Source: Candidatus Sigynarchaeum calidifontis (GTDB taxonomy: Archaea > Asgardarchaeota > Lokiarchaeia > Sigyniarchaeales > Sigyniarchaeaceae). Taken from it: a DNA stretch of 19,758 bases. The notes beneath the pieces are model-generated. The model worked only from the letters and a program-made list of their open reading frames with translations. It had not been told where the DNA came from and made no database searches. Both the position numbers and the translations under genes were made by a program. The DNA lies in the NCBI GenBank assembly GCA_030587475.2, contig JAUQYZ020000033.1, positions 1-19,758 of the forward strand. Direction: 5' to 3'. Below are positions 18,252 through 19,758 of this stretch, piece after piece; the first letter of the stretch is position 1; each line of letters opens with the position of its first letter.

Positions 18252-18266
18252 GCAATCCCACGTTGC
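18252..18266. promoter_or_regulatory. Upstream auxiliary operator copy
   Basis: GCAAT-CCCAC-GTTGC, one mismatch to GCAAC-N5-GTTGC, about 55 nt upstream of the hsp20 TATA box. Confidence 0.5.
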
Positions 18267-18466
18267 CTATAAGACGCCGCGATCGCGGATCTTCGAGCAT
18301 GATTTTTCTATCGAGCCGGGCACGATGGAGCAGTAGTCGACACCACCACGATAGCGAGGGAAACCAGCACAACATGTTCTTGTTATCTGAAGAAAATCAA
18401 GAGATACGGAATCATTATCGGTATTTTTATTCGTCAAATGCGATATCGAACGTTTCCAAGCAGCAT

Positions 18467-19387
18467 TCAGCCTTCTCGCTTCAATCGCCAGAGCGAGATA
18501 TCGTTCTCTTCCGAACCTATTGCAATGATCGATCCGTCCGGCGAGATCGCGGCAGCGTGGAGTTTCATTCGATCTTGAACGACGCCCCCCACGCAGCGCC
18601 CGGCTTCGAGATCCCAGACCTTTGCCCATGAATCGTCGGAACATGTTAGCAACAGGTCGTGCCGCGCGTTCCATGCAACGACACGAACGCGCAAGTCATG
18701 GGCTTTGAATTCTCTCGTGATTGTGGCCATATGCATGTCCCAGATCTTGACCGTCCCATCATCATAACCCCCGATGATGATGTCTCTATCCTCGGAAAAC
18801 AACACGGAATATACAGGGATCCCCTTTGCATCAAGCTGGAGAACCGGATCATATTTTTGTAACTTGCCGCTATCCCAGAGCCTGATGATGCCATCCATGC
18901 ATCCACTTGCAACGAGCGCCCCGCTTTCGCAGAAAGCCACGCTGGTGATCCAGCTCTCGTGCCCTTCGAACGTCCATATCACGGTTCCCCAGTAACCATC
19001 GAAGAGGCGGATGATGTCCCCCGCGCCCGCGACGATCTTCTTCCCATCGTTCGAGTATGCCACGCTGGAAACCAGGCTATCGAAATGGCGGATTGTCCTC
19101 GACACTTTTCCCGTGATGGCGTTCCAGAGATAGAGCTTGTGGTCGAACCCACCACTGACGAGGAATCGCCCGTCCGGGGAATAAGCAATGGATTCCACGG
19201 CATTCTGGTGCCTTTTCATCACGTGCACGGTCTGCAGCGAGTCGAGATCCCACGTGCGAATCGTGCGATCGATGGATCCACTCGCGAGGCGTTTTCCATC
19301 CGATGAAAAGGCGATCGCGTTGACAGGCCGCGCGTGGCCATGCAGCGTCGCGACATGATCTAATCTGGGGATGGCCAATGGAATCAC
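18467..19387 (-). CDS. Stand-alone WD40-repeat (7-bladed beta-propeller) protein
   Basis: Seven repeats ending TWD, LWN, LFD, LWD, IWD, VWD and LWR, several with GH/H...S.S.D motifs. Start probably GTG 19387 or TTG 19378, since 19480 overlaps the upstream ORF. Confidence 0.92.
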   Translation of the reverse strand: MIPLAIPRLDHVATLHGHARPVNAIAFSSDGKRLASGSIDRTIRTWDLDSLQTVHVMKRHQNAVESIAYSPDGRFLVSGGFDHKLYLWNAITGKVSRTIRHFDSLVSSVAYSNDGKKIVAGAGDIIRLFDGYWGTVIWTFEGHESWITSVAFCESGALVASGCMDGIIRLWDSGKLQKYDPVLQLDAKGIPVYSVLFSEDRDIIIGGYDDGTVKIWDMHMATITREFKAHDLRVRVVAWNARHDLLLTCSDDSWAKVWDLEAGRCVGGVVQDRMKLHAAAISPDGSIIAIGSEENDISLWRLKREG

Positions 19388-19421
19388 GATTGCTTGTTCG
19401 ACCAGCGAGGAGCATCTGGAT

Positions 19422-19628
19422 CTATATTTGTGGTTTGGTGACGAAATTCTCGACGAATTCCTTGGGAACGTCCCGTTCAAAATCGTTCACGTAATCACGG
19501 AACATCTCGGCAAGGTGGTAATGGCAAAAATACCATCCTTGCACCTCGAAGTCCGCGATCTCGCCGCAAAGTCCCTGGCACGCGCTGCAGAAGCGCCGCC
19601 CGCTGTATTTCTTGATCGTTTCGGTCAT
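19422..19628 (-). CDS. Small putative zinc-finger protein (C-x2-C-x3-C-x13-C-x2-H)
   Basis: 68 aa, FCSACQGLCGEIADFEVQGWYFCHYHLAEM followed by an acidic helix; co-oriented just upstream of the WD40 gene. Confidence 0.6.
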   Translation of the reverse strand: MTETIKKYSGRRFCSACQGLCGEIADFEVQGWYFCHYHLAEMFRDYVNDFERDVPKEFVENFVTKPQI

Positions 19629-19685
19629 TTGCTTTCACGACTCGAGTCGGGATCGACGTGCATTCTCGTCGCGTCGCACGCGCCC

Positions 19686-19757
19686 TCATTTCATTTTCCT
19701 TTGCTGGACATAAAGACGGTTCATTTCCTTGACGATGTTTTCGAAATCGGCCTCTTC
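19686..19757 (-). CDS. 3' end of an unknown CDS entering from the right edge
   Basis: Hand translation ...EEADFENIVKEMNRLYVQQRKMK*, protein-like and co-oriented with the downstream genes. Confidence 0.4.
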   Translation of the reverse strand, partial: EEADFENIVKEMNRLYVQQRKMK

Positions 19758-19758
19758 A

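Noticed and set aside
18073-18674. ORFs 18073-18375, 18263-18631 and 18267-18674
   Set aside because: They overlap the hsp20 promoter/operators or the WD40 gene and have no recognisable motifs.
1-19758. CRISPR arrays, tRNA/rRNA genes, transposases or integrases
   Set aside because: None seen by eye; repetitiveness is confined to protein-level PAS, WD40 and alpha-crystallin repeats. A dedicated scan was not possible.

Overview
This looks like an archaeal chromosomal window. The evidence is BRE/TATA promoters, GGTGA/GAGGTG Shine-Dalgarno motifs, a pyruvoyl arginine decarboxylase, an archaeal-type DnaK and a Phr/HSR1-like regulator. The multi-PAS kinase, multi-TM protein and WD40 protein suggest an Asgard/Lokiarchaeia-like organism (inference only). 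The left half (1-9160) holds a partial pdaD, an LpxL/PatA-family acyltransferase, a soluble 5xPAS histidine kinase, a GH99/DUF5010-like gene remnant, two hypothetical proteins and an orphan Zn-ribbon adenine methyltransferase. The right half (9560-18270) is a compact heat-shock/disaggregation island: dnaK, class II dnaJ, clpB, a possible 44-aa Cys/His ORF and a Phr/HSR1-like wHTH regulator on the + strand, converging with tandem-domain hsp20, hsp20 and a J-domain/Zn-finger gene on the - strand. No grpE is present. Both main promoters share one layout: CGAAA-N2-TATA box, then 23-24 nt later a GCAA(C/G)-N5-GTTGC palindrome resembling the AAC-N5-GTT core of known Phr/HSR1 operators. This suggests a bacterial-type Hsp70/Hsp100 disaggregase regulon run by an archaeal heat-shock repressor. 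The window ends with a 7-repeat WD40 gene, a small Zn-finger gene and a partial CDS.
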